Below are positions 9,473 through 19,422 of a stretch of 64,000 bases of DNA, one piece after another. The stretch comes from Escherichia virus TH44. Position 1 is the stretch's first letter, and the number at the start of each line of letters is the position of its first letter. The position numbers and the translations under genes are program-made. The notes under the pieces are model-generated. The model was not told where the DNA came from. It saw only the letters and a program-made list of their open reading frames with translations, and made no database searches. The stretch lies in the sequence record MT446415.1; one strand, given 5' to 3'.

Positions 9473-9946
9473 ATGTTGTTGACTGGCAAATTATACAAAG
9501 AAGAAAAACAAAAACTTTATGATGCACAAGCTGGTAAGTGTCCAATTTGCCACCGTGATTTGGACTCCGATGTTCAGGCCAACCATCTTGACCATGACCA
9601 CGAATTGAACGGGCCAAAAGCTGGTAAGGTTCGCGGGTTACTATGCAATCTGTGCAATGGAACAGAAGGACAAATGAAGCATAAGTTCAGCCGTTCGGGT
9701 CTAAAAGGTCGCAATGTTGACTACCTGGAATGGTTAGAGAGTTTGCTTGTCTATCTGAAATCTGATTATACCGAAAATAATATTCACCCTAATTTTGTGG
9801 CAGACAAAGCCAAAGAGTTCGGTCGCCTAGGGAAAGAAGAAATGATTCAGGAAATGCTTTTGAACGGCATGACTTATAATGAATCTGATACGAAGCCTAA
9901 ACTACAAGCTTCATTTAAAAAACAACTGAGGAAATCACTTAAATGA
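9473..9946 (+). CDS. 49: endonuclease VII (Holliday junction resolvase)
   Basis: 157 aa from ATG; 'MLLTGKLYKEEKQK...HLDHDHELNGPKAGKVRGLLCNLCN' matches T4 gp49 as recalled. Confidence 0.9.
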   Translation: MLLTGKLYKEEKQKLYDAQAGKCPICHRDLDSDVQANHLDHDHELNGPKAGKVRGLLCNLCNGTEGQMKHKFSRSGLKGRNVDYLEWLESLLVYLKSDYTENNIHPNFVADKAKEFGRLGKEEMIQEMLLNGMTYNESDTKPKLQASFKKQLRKSLK

Positions 9947-10067
9947 TTAATTTTTATGGAATTATTGTTTATTGTATTGGCGAAGCTATAAACAATTTAA
10001 TACGAGTGATGGGTGACGAGTATCCTTCTCAATGGCTATTCCTCGTAACCAATACAGGACCTTTCTA

Positions 10068-10283
10068 ATGAACAAATTTCGTAATGCTGTTTCTGATATC
10101 CTGGCCAATATTACATTTGTCCTGTTTATTGTATGCCTTTTAATCTTGGTCATCCCATTTGGATTGCTGTTTGTGATGATTGGCGCCCTGAGTACTGAAA
10201 AGGGCCTTGAAGGGTCTGAGTTCGACAAACGAATCCAGGCTGTCCATAGTGTTATTACTAAAATGATGAAGGTGAAAGAATGA
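10068..10283 (+). CDS. small membrane protein
   Basis: hydrophobic core LFIVCLLILVIPFGLLFVMIGAL. Confidence 0.4.
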   Translation: MNKFRNAVSDILANITFVLFIVCLLILVIPFGLLFVMIGALSTEKGLEGSEFDKRIQAVHSVITKMMKVKE

Positions 10284-10579
10284 AACGTTTTGAAGAATAT
10301 GTAGCTACTAATTGGACCGCGTGGGACAAGTTCGGTGATGAATGGTACTTCCACGACTGTGACTTGGACCCGGAATTCTTTGTCGGTAAGGAAGAAGACC
10401 TTAAAGACATCTATGCATTGTCTGAGATTCATGGAATCAAACCGACGGTTTATTTCTCTTTCGACGATACCGGATTTCTTATTCAGATTTATGTTCCATA
10501 CAAAACCGTTGATGATGAAGAAGTTATTAAAACCTGGAACTACCAAGGAGTGATTTCCTGTGGGCCAAAACTCGACTAA
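10280..10579 (+). CDS. hypothetical acidic protein
   Basis: 99 aa ORF. Confidence 0.5.
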   Translation: MKRFEEYVATNWTAWDKFGDEWYFHDCDLDPEFFVGKEEDLKDIYALSEIHGIKPTVYFSFDDTGFLIQIYVPYKTVDDEEVIKTWNYQGVISCGPKLD

Positions 10580-10877
10580 GATTGAAATCTATGGTATCCC
10601 CGAAGAAGTCGGTCGATGCCCTGGTTGTATGCACGTCAGGAGCCTTCTGGGCTCCTTAAACCTTCCTTATACATTCTATTCAGTCCTTAACAAACAAGGC
10701 TCTGAAATCGCTTATGACAGGCCTTTAATCGTGTCTCTGGCTAAGCGTGCTGGATATCCTACCCTTAACATTCGTTACCCGGTGATTTTTGTCAATGATG
10801 AAAAAATGACCAATATTCCTGCCTTTAAAACAAAACTGATATCCCTGGGGTATGACCAGGACTTAATTGAAGATTAA
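10560..10877 (+). CDS. nrdH: glutaredoxin-like protein (NrdH-like)
   Basis: 105 aa, GTG start with AAGGAG SD; 'YGIPEEVGRCPGC' CPGC redox motif, recalled resemblance to T4 nrdH. Confidence 0.6.
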   Translation: MGQNSTKIEIYGIPEEVGRCPGCMHVRSLLGSLNLPYTFYSVLNKQGSEIAYDRPLIVSLAKRAGYPTLNIRYPVIFVNDEKMTNIPAFKTKLISLGYDQDLIED

Positions 10878-10944
10878 AAAGGGGTGTACAAGCCCCTTTG
10901 AATGATGTATCATTATCCCATCAACTACTGATGAGGAAAACATA

Positions 10945-11121
10945 ATGACTATCCAAGATAAAGAAATTAAAGTCAACCAGTATTATTCAATCAACGGCAA
11001 AGCTGTTCTAGTGACTGGAATATCTAGCCTGGATGTGTGGTATACCATAATTGACCTTAATATTAAAATGATTTGTGACCGTGGTGTATTTTGTTCGATA
11101 GCTAAGGAAATCAAATTATGA
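10945..11121 (+). CDS. hypothetical small protein
   Basis: 58 aa; class-B leader 'ATCCCATCAACTACTGATGAGGA' upstream; stop overlaps next ATG. Confidence 0.45.
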   Translation: MTIQDKEIKVNQYYSINGKAVLVTGISSLDVWYTIIDLNIKMICDRGVFCSIAKEIKL

Positions 11122-11372
11122 GCCTGAAATTACATTCAATGAAAAATGTCGCCACCCTTAATCTTGATGATGAACGTTTGATTTTTATCACCGTCACTGA
11201 TAAGAATATTGAAATTGCAAATGGTCCTAAGACTTATTGTTGCCCAGTGAAGAATTGGAAACATGTAACCTTTTTGACCCTGGGCGAACGTCTGAAAGAC
11301 CTTAAGTTGGATTTGGATGTCAAAGATATCCAGTACATTAAAAATCTTATTGGATACAAACTGCTGAGGTAA
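11118..11372 (+). CDS. hypothetical protein
   Basis: 84 aa ORF. Confidence 0.5.
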   Translation: MSLKLHSMKNVATLNLDDERLIFITVTDKNIEIANGPKTYCCPVKNWKHVTFLTLGERLKDLKLDLDVKDIQYIKNLIGYKLLR

Positions 11373-11674
11373 CTATGGGTAAACTATTCGTCGCAAAGAA
11401 TTGTCTGTAAAAGATTTTTATTATTCAGGGCGTCGTCAGGCACCTGATGGTGTAAGTCAGGAACAAGTTGAAGAAAATATCTTCCGTTCAGACAAATGGA
11501 AGCGTATGCGTGGCGTTGATTCAGAAGTCAAGAATGAGATGAATCGTCAACTGCGTAAAGAAGTTCGTCAGTTGAAAAAAGATGTATACGTTGAGGATGA
11601 TTTGGATTATAATACTTCTCATCGTGTTGCAAAACGTAAATCAAACGAGTGTTATCGTTACAGCTGAGGAAAAT

Positions 11675-11872
11675 ATGAATCCTGAATCTAAATTATCACA
11701 GCGAATTGCTGAATCTCGTCGTCAGTTCTTTGAAAATATGATAGCTCAAGGTATTGATGATGAAGTTTTTCTGAACTGGTTTTGGAATCTCTATTATTCA
11801 AAATGTGCAGGAGCAATATTAATTTCCGCCGCAATGATGTATGAAGGTTGGAAAGGCGCTAAAGCGCAGTAA
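11675..11872 (+). CDS. hypothetical small protein
   Basis: GAGGA SD then ATG; hydrophobic C-terminal half. Confidence 0.45.
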   Translation: MNPESKLSQRIAESRRQFFENMIAQGIDDEVFLNWFWNLYYSKCAGAILISAAMMYEGWKGAKAQ

Positions 11873-11880
11873 AAACCAAC

Positions 11881-11903
11881 GGGGTCATGGTATAATGACC
11901 CCA
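11881..11903 (+). promoter_or_regulatory. -10 element (TATAAT) embedded in palindrome GGGGTCA/TGACCCC
   Basis: ggggtcatggtataatgacccc; same architecture as class-C promoters. Confidence 0.45.
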
Positions 11904-11944
11904 GGATAATAAAATTTTAATTGAATGAGACTGAGGAATATATC

Positions 11945-12271
11945 ATGACTGCATCTATCACTAACACCATCGCTAATTTCGCATTTGCTAAAGTTAACAC
12001 TCTGATGAAATCTGGTTTCGTTACCCCTGAGATTCTGGACCAGTGGGAAGGCGATGTACAGAAGTTGATTATTGCAGAAGGTCAGACAATGGGTAAAGCT
12101 CGCATTCGTGAAAGCCTTGTCCAGTATATCCTGAATGAATTTGATGTAGTAGCGTTTGGTCTGCCGCTTCCACGTGAAAACAAAGAAGTTTCTGACAAAG
12201 CCATCAAGCGTATGAACTCCCAGCGTAAGAAAGGTTTTGTTGACCTGAAAATTATTAAGGGTGCGAAATGA
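11945..12271 (+). CDS. hypothetical protein
   Basis: 108 aa from ATG with GAGGAA SD. Confidence 0.5.
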   Translation: MTASITNTIANFAFAKVNTLMKSGFVTPEILDQWEGDVQKLIIAEGQTMGKARIRESLVQYILNEFDVVAFGLPLPRENKEVSDKAIKRMNSQRKKGFVDLKIIKGAK

Positions 12272-12516
12272 ATAATTTACCAGAAGGTGTATCAGCCATA
12301 ATCGTCCTTAAAGCTTTGTCTAGCTTCCAACGTACATCTATGATGGTTAATAGTGAAACTATTATAAAAGAGGCTAAGATGCTAAGTGGAAGTCATCGTG
12401 ATTTCAGGATACTTCCTATAAGCTCTAAGACCACTTATATGCAAATGCCTGACCCTAAAATAGCCTGGGACGAAGGCATGACATTAGACGAATTCCTGGA
12501 CTACTTAAATGATTAA
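12268..12516 (+). CDS. hypothetical protein
   Basis: 82 aa ORF. Confidence 0.45.
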   Translation: MNNLPEGVSAIIVLKALSSFQRTSMMVNSETIIKEAKMLSGSHRDFRILPISSKTTYMQMPDPKIAWDEGMTLDEFLDYLND

Positions 12517-12775
12517 AATAAAACTCTCTAATTACGATAAAAACCTGGAAATGATTACTATGAAAGAAGAACTCCTGAATGATGTCCGCTTTACGGGTTA
12601 TGCAGTTCAATTTAATAATGCTGGCGTTCTCCAGATTGAAGGTGACCACTTTATTATTGAATACGAATTCCACCAGTATTGGTTGTATGCTAAAGATGAA
12701 GTTGGTGGGATTGATTATATTGACCAGTTTGATAAGCTTGATGATGTTTTAGAAGCTGCTCAATTGGTGTACTGA
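12509..12775 (+). CDS. hypothetical acidic protein
   Basis: 88 aa ORF; start uncertain. Confidence 0.4.
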   Translation: MIKIKLSNYDKNLEMITMKEELLNDVRFTGYAVQFNNAGVLQIEGDHFIIEYEFHQYWLYAKDEVGGIDYIDQFDKLDDVLEAAQLVY

Positions 12776-13041
12776 TGCACATCAATCATACAATGATATC
12801 CATCCAGGACCTGGGAACGTTTTGGGTGGATGAATTCATGAAAATAACATTCTTCCCACACGTAGAAGGGTATGGCTCTTGGGAGTCTCATATCGGCATG
12901 TTGAATGAAGGACAATACCGCAACGAGCATGACCGTCTGATGGAATTCATTAGTGATGCCGAGGTTATCCCTTATATTGACATCCATGAATTTAAGGCAA
13001 TTATGGAGAAGGTCTTCCAGGCTTACTGTTTACTTCGCTAA
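12775..13041 (+). CDS. hypothetical protein
   Basis: 88 aa ORF; start uncertain. Confidence 0.4.
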   Translation: MHINHTMISIQDLGTFWVDEFMKITFFPHVEGYGSWESHIGMLNEGQYRNEHDRLMEFISDAEVIPYIDIHEFKAIMEKVFQAYCLLR

Positions 13042-13089
13042 TGCTTTGTATCAAGGATGATATAATATTCATATACTAAGTGAGGCGAT

Positions 13090-13647
13090 ATGAACGAAAT
13101 TAAATTAACCAAGAATAACTATGTAAATAATAAAGAGCTTTTGAAAGCTATTTCGGAGTGGAAACAGAAGCTGAATGCGAACACTGACCCGAACAAAATT
13201 ATTCGCCAGAACGATGTTATTGGTCTGGCGATTATGCTTATAGCCGAAGGTCTTAGCAAACGTTTTAACTTCTCCGGATATACCCAATCCTGGAAGCAAG
13301 AAATGATAGCGGACGGAATTGAGGCCGCAATAAAAGGTCTTCACAACTTCGACGAAACAAAATACGATAATCCACATGCTTACATAACAATGGCTTGCTT
13401 CAATGCTTTCGTTCAGCGTATCAAAAAAGAACGTAAAGAAATGGCAAAGAAATATAGCTACTTCGTCCATAACGTATATGATTCACGTGACGACGATATG
13501 GTGGCTCTGGCTGATGAAACATTTATCCAGGACATCTATGACAAAATGACACAGTACGAATCCTCCTTAGTTAAAGTGCCAGGGTCTGATAAGAGCACCA
13601 AAGATAAAGAGGGTGATTTGGATTTTTTATATGGAACATCAATTTGA
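13090..13647 (+). CDS. 55: late-transcription sigma factor gp55
   Basis: 185 aa; 'YVNNKELL...[39 protein letters not shown]' matches T4 gp55 as recalled. Confidence 0.9.
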   Translation: MNEIKLTKNNYVNNKELLKAISEWKQKLNANTDPNKIIRQNDVIGLAIMLIAEGLSKRFNFSGYTQSWKQEMIADGIEAAIKGLHNFDETKYDNPHAYITMACFNAFVQRIKKERKEMAKKYSYFVHNVYDSRDDDMVALADETFIQDIYDKMTQYESSLVKVPGSDKSTKDKEGDLDFLYGTSI

Positions 13648-13865
13648 TATTACCGATTTTTTAGATAAAATCGAGGAAGACTTTACGGCTCTCCCATATT
13701 TCATTAAACTTTATCTGCGAGACATAAAAGGTCTTCCAATTGATATCGACCCTTTAAACGTCCGGAATCTGGAATTTACTTCACCGGATAATAACGTTGA
13801 TTATCGTTATCATGTGGATAATGCTAATCTATATTTTACAATTGAGTTAACTCCCAAGGATTAAT

Positions 13866-14177
13866 ATGCAAGCTCCAGATATTTCTCAACTGACCGATAA
13901 GCAGATTGAAGAAGCACAGGAACGTCTCGAAGAAGCGAACGCACTCGAAGCAACCAGTCAAGCAGCGAAGATTCTGAAAAAGAATGCTCGCGAAATTGCA
14001 CGACTGAATAAGCATGCTCAAGGGGCAGTGCTGGAAAACAATTTTGAAGCATACAAATACGCTTTAGTTAAACTGCGTGGGATTTACCGCCAACCCGTTA
14101 CGGAAGACCTGATTAAGTTGATGTGGGATTCTACTCGCAAACAAATTTGGGAAATCGTAAATGGCATTAGTAAATAA
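13866..14177 (+). CDS. hypothetical helical protein
   Basis: 103 aa ORF. Confidence 0.5.
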   Translation: MQAPDISQLTDKQIEEAQERLEEANALEATSQAAKILKKNAREIARLNKHAQGAVLENNFEAYKYALVKLRGIYRQPVTEDLIKLMWDSTRKQIWEIVNGISK

Positions 14178-14615
14178 ACCCTTTAAACGGCTTCTTATTG
14201 GAGCCGCTTTCAGACTTCGCTCATATGGTAATATCTGTATCAAGCAGACCGAAACCGAATACAAAATGATGGGCCAATATTCTGATGGTATTTTTAAGAT
14301 TGAGCCTGTAGCCAAGGTTTGGGTCGATTCTCATCAACTTAAGAAATGGTGGCAACGATGATAACATGGACAGGTGGCTAATGAAAGACGAACATCCTGA
14401 TTTTTAAAAGCTTATGAATGACGAATATGAAAAAGTTTAAGAGGCTGTATGAATGACGAATTCGACGGATTTTGATAAGATTAAATCTGACAAAAATGAG
14501 ATGATACTTCAATTTGAAGCCGCTCGCATTAAAGCAGAAAATGAAGGTACTATTACCTATAAGCCTATCAAGTTCAGGTCTTCTCATGAACCTCTGTACG
14601 GTGTATTAATTGGAA

Positions 14616-14638
14616 AGGAAGCCTAGCGCTTCCTTTTT
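14616..14638 (+). terminator. hairpin + T-tract terminator
   Basis: ggaagc...gcttcc followed by TTTTTT. Confidence 0.55.
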
Positions 14639-14662
14639 TGCTTTATATTCGAGATGATAAAA
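14638..14662 (+). promoter_or_regulatory. middle-type promoter (MotA box TGCTTTA, 12 bp, TAAAAT)
   Basis: matches T4 middle promoter architecture; motA is in the window. Confidence 0.5.
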
Positions 14663-14823
14663 TGAACCAACTGAGGAGAACATATGGAATTATTTTTAGG
14701 ATATGTCGTGTTATTCATGGCATTCTACACATTCACACGAGCTTGTTGGATAGGATTCTTTTCCACTCCTGACGGGTTCATTTCAATAATTTTATTTTGC
14801 ACTGCGATAACGGCGCTTGGCTT

Positions 14824-15843
14824 ATGAAAATTTTAAATTTAGGTGATTGGCACTTAGGTGTCAAAGCTGACGACCCATGGGCTCAAAACATTCAACGCGA
14901 TGGTATTTTACAGGCGATTGCATATTCCAAAGCGAATGGGATTAAAGTCTGGATTCAATATGGTGATATTTTTGACGTCCGTAAGGCCGTAACGCATAAG
15001 ACGATGGAATTCAGCCGTGAGATTATGGAACTCCTTCGTGAAGCAGGAATTACTATGCACACGATAGTCGGGAACCATGACATGAATCTGAAGAATAAGA
15101 TTCATCCTAATGCTATCACTGAACTCCTGAATAAGTATGACCATGTTAAAATCTACGATAAGCCAACGACTGTTGATTTTGACGGTTGTCAGATTGATAT
15201 GATTCCATGGATGTGTGACGAGAACGCAACTGACATTCACCAACATATCAAAACTTCTGGGGCTGAATATTGCATCGGTCACTGGGAATTAACCGGGTTT
15301 TATTTCTATAAAGGATTGAAATCCCACGGTCTTGAGCCTGATTTCCTTAAGAAGTACAAGCAAGTTTGGTCTGGTCACTTTCACACAATTTCAGAAGCTG
15401 CAAACGTTAAGTACATCGGGACACCATGGACATTAACAGCAGGTGATGAGAACGACCCGCGCGGGTTCTGGGAATTTGATACCGAAACCGAAGAGATGAA
15501 ATTTATTCCGAATGAAACCACCTGGCATCGGAAGATTTTCTATCCAAACGAAACTATTAACTACGACGACTTCAAAGACTTATCAGTCCGTGTTATTGTA
15601 GAAAAAGTCGATAAAGACCTGACCAAGTTCGAATCCGAATTAGAAAAGCGTGTACATGAATTACGTGTTGTCAATAAGGTTGATAACAGTGTTGATACGA
15701 CTGACTCCGAAGAAGAGTTAGATATAAAACGCTTAACTGATATGATGGCAGAATATATCGATGCATTACCTGACGCCAATGAGAAAGAATCAAAAGCTCT
15801 CAAAGCATTGGCCAACAAATTATATCTTGAGGTGCAACCATGA
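14824..15843 (+). CDS. 47: recombination endonuclease subunit gp47 (Mre11/SbcD-like)
   Basis: 339 aa from ATG; 'MKILNLGDWHLG' phosphoesterase motifs. Confidence 0.9.
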   Translation: MKILNLGDWHLGVKADDPWAQNIQRDGILQAIAYSKANGIKVWIQYGDIFDVRKAVTHKTMEFSREIMELLREAGITMHTIVGNHDMNLKNKIHPNAITELLNKYDHVKIYDKPTTVDFDGCQIDMIPWMCDENATDIHQHIKTSGAEYCIGHWELTGFYFYKGLKSHGLEPDFLKKYKQVWSGHFHTISEAANVKYIGTPWTLTAGDENDPRGFWEFDTETEEMKFIPNETTWHRKIFYPNETINYDDFKDLSVRVIVEKVDKDLTKFESELEKRVHELRVVNKVDNSVDTTDSEEELDIKRLTDMMAEYIDALPDANEKESKALKALANKLYLEVQP

Positions 15844-16103
15844 GACTTTATGATTTTAATGAAGCGGGACTTGAGCATATCCGTGAATGTGATGTGGTTG
15901 ACGACGATAATCAACCGAATATTATTAAGTATTGGTTTGAAGCTATCACTGACCGGGAAACCGGTCAACTTATCAAAGTCTATGTAGTCACCGATTGGGC
16001 CGTAGAATTTAGTTTTAATGTAATGGAAAGTGATACTCCAGAAACATTAATCCATATGGCTGAATCATGCATTAAGGATGCTTATAATGATGAAAATGTA
16101 TAA
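15840..16103 (+). CDS. hypothetical acidic protein
   Basis: 87 aa between 47 and 46. Confidence 0.5.
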   Translation: MRLYDFNEAGLEHIRECDVVDDDNQPNIIKYWFEAITDRETGQLIKVYVVTDWAVEFSFNVMESDTPETLIHMAESCIKDAYNDENV

Positions 16104-16302
16104 ACATGATTTTCATATTGGCGATGGCTGGTTCGGTAATGTAGAATGGGACGTGGATGGTTCTTGGTATACCGGAACTATGTATGTCACTTCTGAATAT
16201 TCTGAAGGTGTTTCATGGGCCATGGAACTTGACGACGTGTTTGCTTCTTCCGAAGAAATGCTAGAATATGCTGAACAAACAATTCGTGGGAACAATACAT
16301 GA
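16078..16302 (+). CDS. hypothetical acidic protein
   Basis: 74 aa ORF. Confidence 0.45.
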   Translation: MLIMMKMYKHDFHIGDGWFGNVEWDVDGSWYTGTMYVTSEYSEGVSWAMELDDVFASSEEMLEYAEQTIRGNNT

Positions 16303-17981
16303 AAACGTTTAAGCTAAAGAAAGTCATCTACAAAAATATTATGTCGGTAGGCCAGCAACCTATTACAATCCAACTTGACAAGGTCCAAAAAACTCTGGTC
16401 ACCGGTAAGAATGGCGCTGGTAAATCTACGTTCCTTGAAGCCGTTACATTTGCTCTGTTTGGAAAGCCTTTTCGTGATGTTAAGAAAGGGCAGTTGATTA
16501 ACTCAAGTAATAAGAAAGACCTTTTGGTCGAACTGTGGATGGAATATGATGGAAAAGAATACTATATCAAACGCGGGCAAAAACCCAATGTTTTTGAAAT
16601 CACTTGTGGCGGTAAACGTCTTGATGAATCTGCCAGCAGTAAAGACTTCCAAGCGGAATTTGAACAGCTCATCGGAATGTCCTATGCGAGCTTCAAACAA
16701 ATTGTCGTACTCGGCACAGCTGGATATACCCCTTTTATGGGCCTATCCACTCCTGCAAGAAGAAAACTTGTCGAAGACCTTTTAGAGGTTTCTGTACTGG
16801 CCGATATGGATAAGCTGAACAAATCTCTTATCCGCGAAGTCAATAGTCAAATCCAGGTGATGGATGTGCAGCATGACGGGATTGTTCAACAGATTAAAAT
16901 CTATCAGGACAACGAAGACCGTCAAAGAAAATTATCAGGTGATAATCTGTTGCGGCTGCAAACGATGTATGATGAACTTGCCACAGAAGCACGTGGAATC
17001 AAAACGACTATCGAAGAAGCAACGACAAGACTGACCGAGATAATCTTGGGAGAAGACCCTGAGCATGAACTCACGAAGTTAAAGCAGGAATCATTCCTGA
17101 TTAAATCGAAGATTGACGATTACCGAAAGGTGGTTGGTCTGTACGAGAAAGGTGGTTGTTGTCAGACTTGTGCCAGTCAGTTGCATCCAGGAGACCCTAT
17201 TGTCGCCAGGATTGAGTCAAAGATTGAAGAATGTAATGTATCAGCTGATAACCATAAAGCTCGCCAGAATGCTGTTCAGGAGCAATTTGATGAGTATTCT
17301 GCTGCAAGACAAAAGCAACGTACAATAGCTCAAGACATTCAAACTAAGAAACAAACCTTAGTCCAGACTGTCGAAAAAGCTAAAAAGGTTAAAGCATTAA
17401 TCGAGCAAGCTAAGTCAGAATTCATTGACCATGCAGCAGACATTAAAATGCTTCAAGACCAGCTTGATAAAATAGTCAAACAGAAATCTGACCTTGTGAT
17501 GGAAAAATATCAACGTGGCATCTTAACGGATATGTTGAAAGATTCTGGTATTAAGGGCGCGATTATTAAGAAATATATTCCTATCTTTAATAAGCAGATA
17601 AACGCTTACCTTAAAGTTATGGAAGCTGATTATAGTTTTACGTTAGATGAAGAGTTCAACGAAACGATTAAATCTCGTGGACGTGAAGACTTCAGCTATG
17701 CATCATTTAGCCAGGGTGAAAAAGCTCGTATCGATATTGCATTGCTGTTTACATGGCGTGATATTGCTGCGAAAGTATCTGGTGTTAATATTAACACATT
17801 GATTCTGGACGAAGTTTTCGATTCAGCTACTGATGTAGAGGGTGTTAAAGCAATTGCTACCATCCTGAACAAATTGGAAGACACCAACATCTTTATTATC
17901 AGTCACCGAGACCATGACCCGGAAGCATACGGGCAACATCTCCAGATGAAAAAAGTTGGTCGATTCACTGTTATGGAATAA
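16299..17981 (+). CDS. 46: recombination endonuclease subunit gp46 (Rad50/SbcC-like ATPase)
   Basis: 560 aa; Walker A 'GKNGAGKST', central coiled-coil, C-terminal 'LILDEVFD'. Confidence 0.92.
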   Translation: MKTFKLKKVIYKNIMSVGQQPITIQLDKVQKTLVTGKNGAGKSTFLEAVTFALFGKPFRDVKKGQLINSSNKKDLLVELWMEYDGKEYYIKRGQKPNVFEITCGGKRLDESASSKDFQAEFEQLIGMSYASFKQIVVLGTAGYTPFMGLSTPARRKLVEDLLEVSVLADMDKLNKSLIREVNSQIQVMDVQHDGIVQQIKIYQDNEDRQRKLSGDNLLRLQTMYDELATEARGIKTTIEEATTRLTEIILGEDPEHELTKLKQESFLIKSKIDDYRKVVGLYEKGGCCQTCASQLHPGDPIVARIESKIEECNVSADNHKARQNAVQEQFDEYSAARQKQRTIAQDIQTKKQTLVQTVEKAKKVKALIEQAKSEFIDHAADIKMLQDQLDKIVKQKSDLVMEKYQRGILTDMLKDSGIKGAIIKKYIPIFNKQINAYLKVMEADYSFTLDEEFNETIKSRGREDFSYASFSQGEKARIDIALLFTWRDIAAKVSGVNINTLILDEVFDSATDVEGVKAIATILNKLEDTNIFIISHRDHDPEAYGQHLQMKKVGRFTVME

Positions 17982-18016
17982 TGTTTTAAAACAAGGATGT
18001 TATAATAGAGGCTATT

Positions 18017-18208
18017 ATGGCTGACTTCTTAACCGGGCAGCATTTATTGGCTGTCCCTGAAATTAAACGGTATGTGTTAGTTAATACCTTTTCGAAAGAT
18101 GAACACCTTGTTACTGAACGTGACTTACAAAACGCTTTCGGTGAAGAATATGTTAAAATAATCGCGAACAGACATAATGCCTGGTTTGCATATGAATACT
18201 TTGATTAA
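18017..18208 (+). CDS. hypothetical protein
   Basis: 63 aa ORF. Confidence 0.45.
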   Translation: MADFLTGQHLLAVPEIKRYVLVNTFSKDEHLVTERDLQNAFGEEYVKIIANRHNAWFAYEYFD

Positions 18209-18232
18209 TTGATAATGAATAGAGAGAATATT

Positions 18233-18640
18233 ATGAACAACGTAACTGCTAAAGATATCCAAGTTAAAACCATTCGCACCGACGCTAACCCACATAACCA
18301 AAACCGCGTCCGCAAATCCTGGGTCCTGGCATGTGATGAAGCATCTGCTACCCGTCTGCAGTCTCTGCCGCAAGAAATTAAATTCATGCTGTATGGTGTG
18401 ATTGATACTGATGTATCTGATAAGTGGATTGAACTGATGCGCAATCACTACAACGATTCACTGGCTGCTGGTGCTAAACTGGTTATCGACCGTGACGGTT
18501 CCGAACGTCTTGAAGATGATTATTGTGTTAACTCTGACGACCATCTGGTGCAAGCTGGTTCTATTATTGCTGCACAACTTCCAGAGTATATTGAATCTCT
18601 TCCGGAAGCTATCCGCAAACAAATGGCAGTTGTTGCTTAA
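18233..18640 (+). CDS. rpbA: RNA polymerase-binding protein RpbA-like
   Basis: size and position immediately upstream of gene 45 as in T4. Confidence 0.55.
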   Translation: MNNVTAKDIQVKTIRTDANPHNQNRVRKSWVLACDEASATRLQSLPQEIKFMLYGVIDTDVSDKWIELMRNHYNDSLAAGAKLVIDRDGSERLEDDYCVNSDDHLVQAGSIIAAQLPEYIESLPEAIRKQMAVVA

Positions 18641-18670
18641 TTAATTTTGATTTGAATAAAAGGTAATTAA

Positions 18671-19366
18671 ATGAAATTCTCTAAAGACACCATCGCAGTT
18701 TTGAAAAACTTCACCTCCATCTACTCTGGCATTATGCTTAAACCAGGTAATACCATCCTGACTCGTTCCGTAACTGGAGCGTCATATGGCGAATCCGAAA
18801 TCAATGATACAATTGACTTTGAAGCTGCGATTTATGACCTGAACGGCTTCTTAAGTATTCTGGGCCTGGTAACTGACCAAGCTGAAGTATCTCTGGCTGA
18901 AGATGCATCGAATATCATTATCAAAGACCAACGTTCAACGATTCACTGGCCTGCGGCAGACCCGAGCACTATCGTGTTCCCTGCTAAGAAGATTCCTTTC
19001 CCGGTAGCTAAGGTTATCTTCGACCTGAAAGGCAGTGACCTGCAGCAGCTTCTGCGTGTGGCTGGCGGTTTGTCTCTGGATACTTTTGCAATCACCAACA
19101 AAGACGGTAAGATTGTTATCCATGGTTATAACCAGCTCGAAGATAAAGAATTAGCGCGTCCATTGTATTCCCTGGTGTGTGGCGATTACGAAGGCGATGC
19201 AGCGTTTAAATTTATCATTAACAAACTGAACATGAAAATGATTCCGGCTGATTACCGTGTTATGCTTTGGGCGAAAGATGATAAATTTGCTACGAAGTTT
19301 GAAGGCACACAAGCAAGCTATGTGATTGCAATGGAACAAGGCTCTAGCCACGAATTCCAAGATTAA
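18671..19366 (+). CDS. 45: sliding clamp gp45
   Basis: 231 aa; matches T4 gp45 as recalled (KDT..LKNF...SGIMLK...AIYDLNGFL...WPAADPST). Confidence 0.93.
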   Translation: MKFSKDTIAVLKNFTSIYSGIMLKPGNTILTRSVTGASYGESEINDTIDFEAAIYDLNGFLSILGLVTDQAEVSLAEDASNIIIKDQRSTIHWPAADPSTIVFPAKKIPFPVAKVIFDLKGSDLQQLLRVAGGLSLDTFAITNKDGKIVIHGYNQLEDKELARPLYSLVCGDYEGDAAFKFIINKLNMKMIPADYRVMLWAKDDKFATKFEGTQASYVIAMEQGSSHEFQD

Positions 19367-19369
19367 TAA

Positions 19370-19387
19370 ATGGGGCTTCGGCCCCAT
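19370..19387 (+). other. stable hairpin ATGGGGC-UUCG-GCCCCAT without U-tract
   Basis: core GGGGCTTCGGCCCC identical to copies at 49516 and 59293. Confidence 0.6.
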
Positions 19388-19422
19388 GGAGTACAAAGTA
19401 GAAACTAATATGAGGAAAATAT

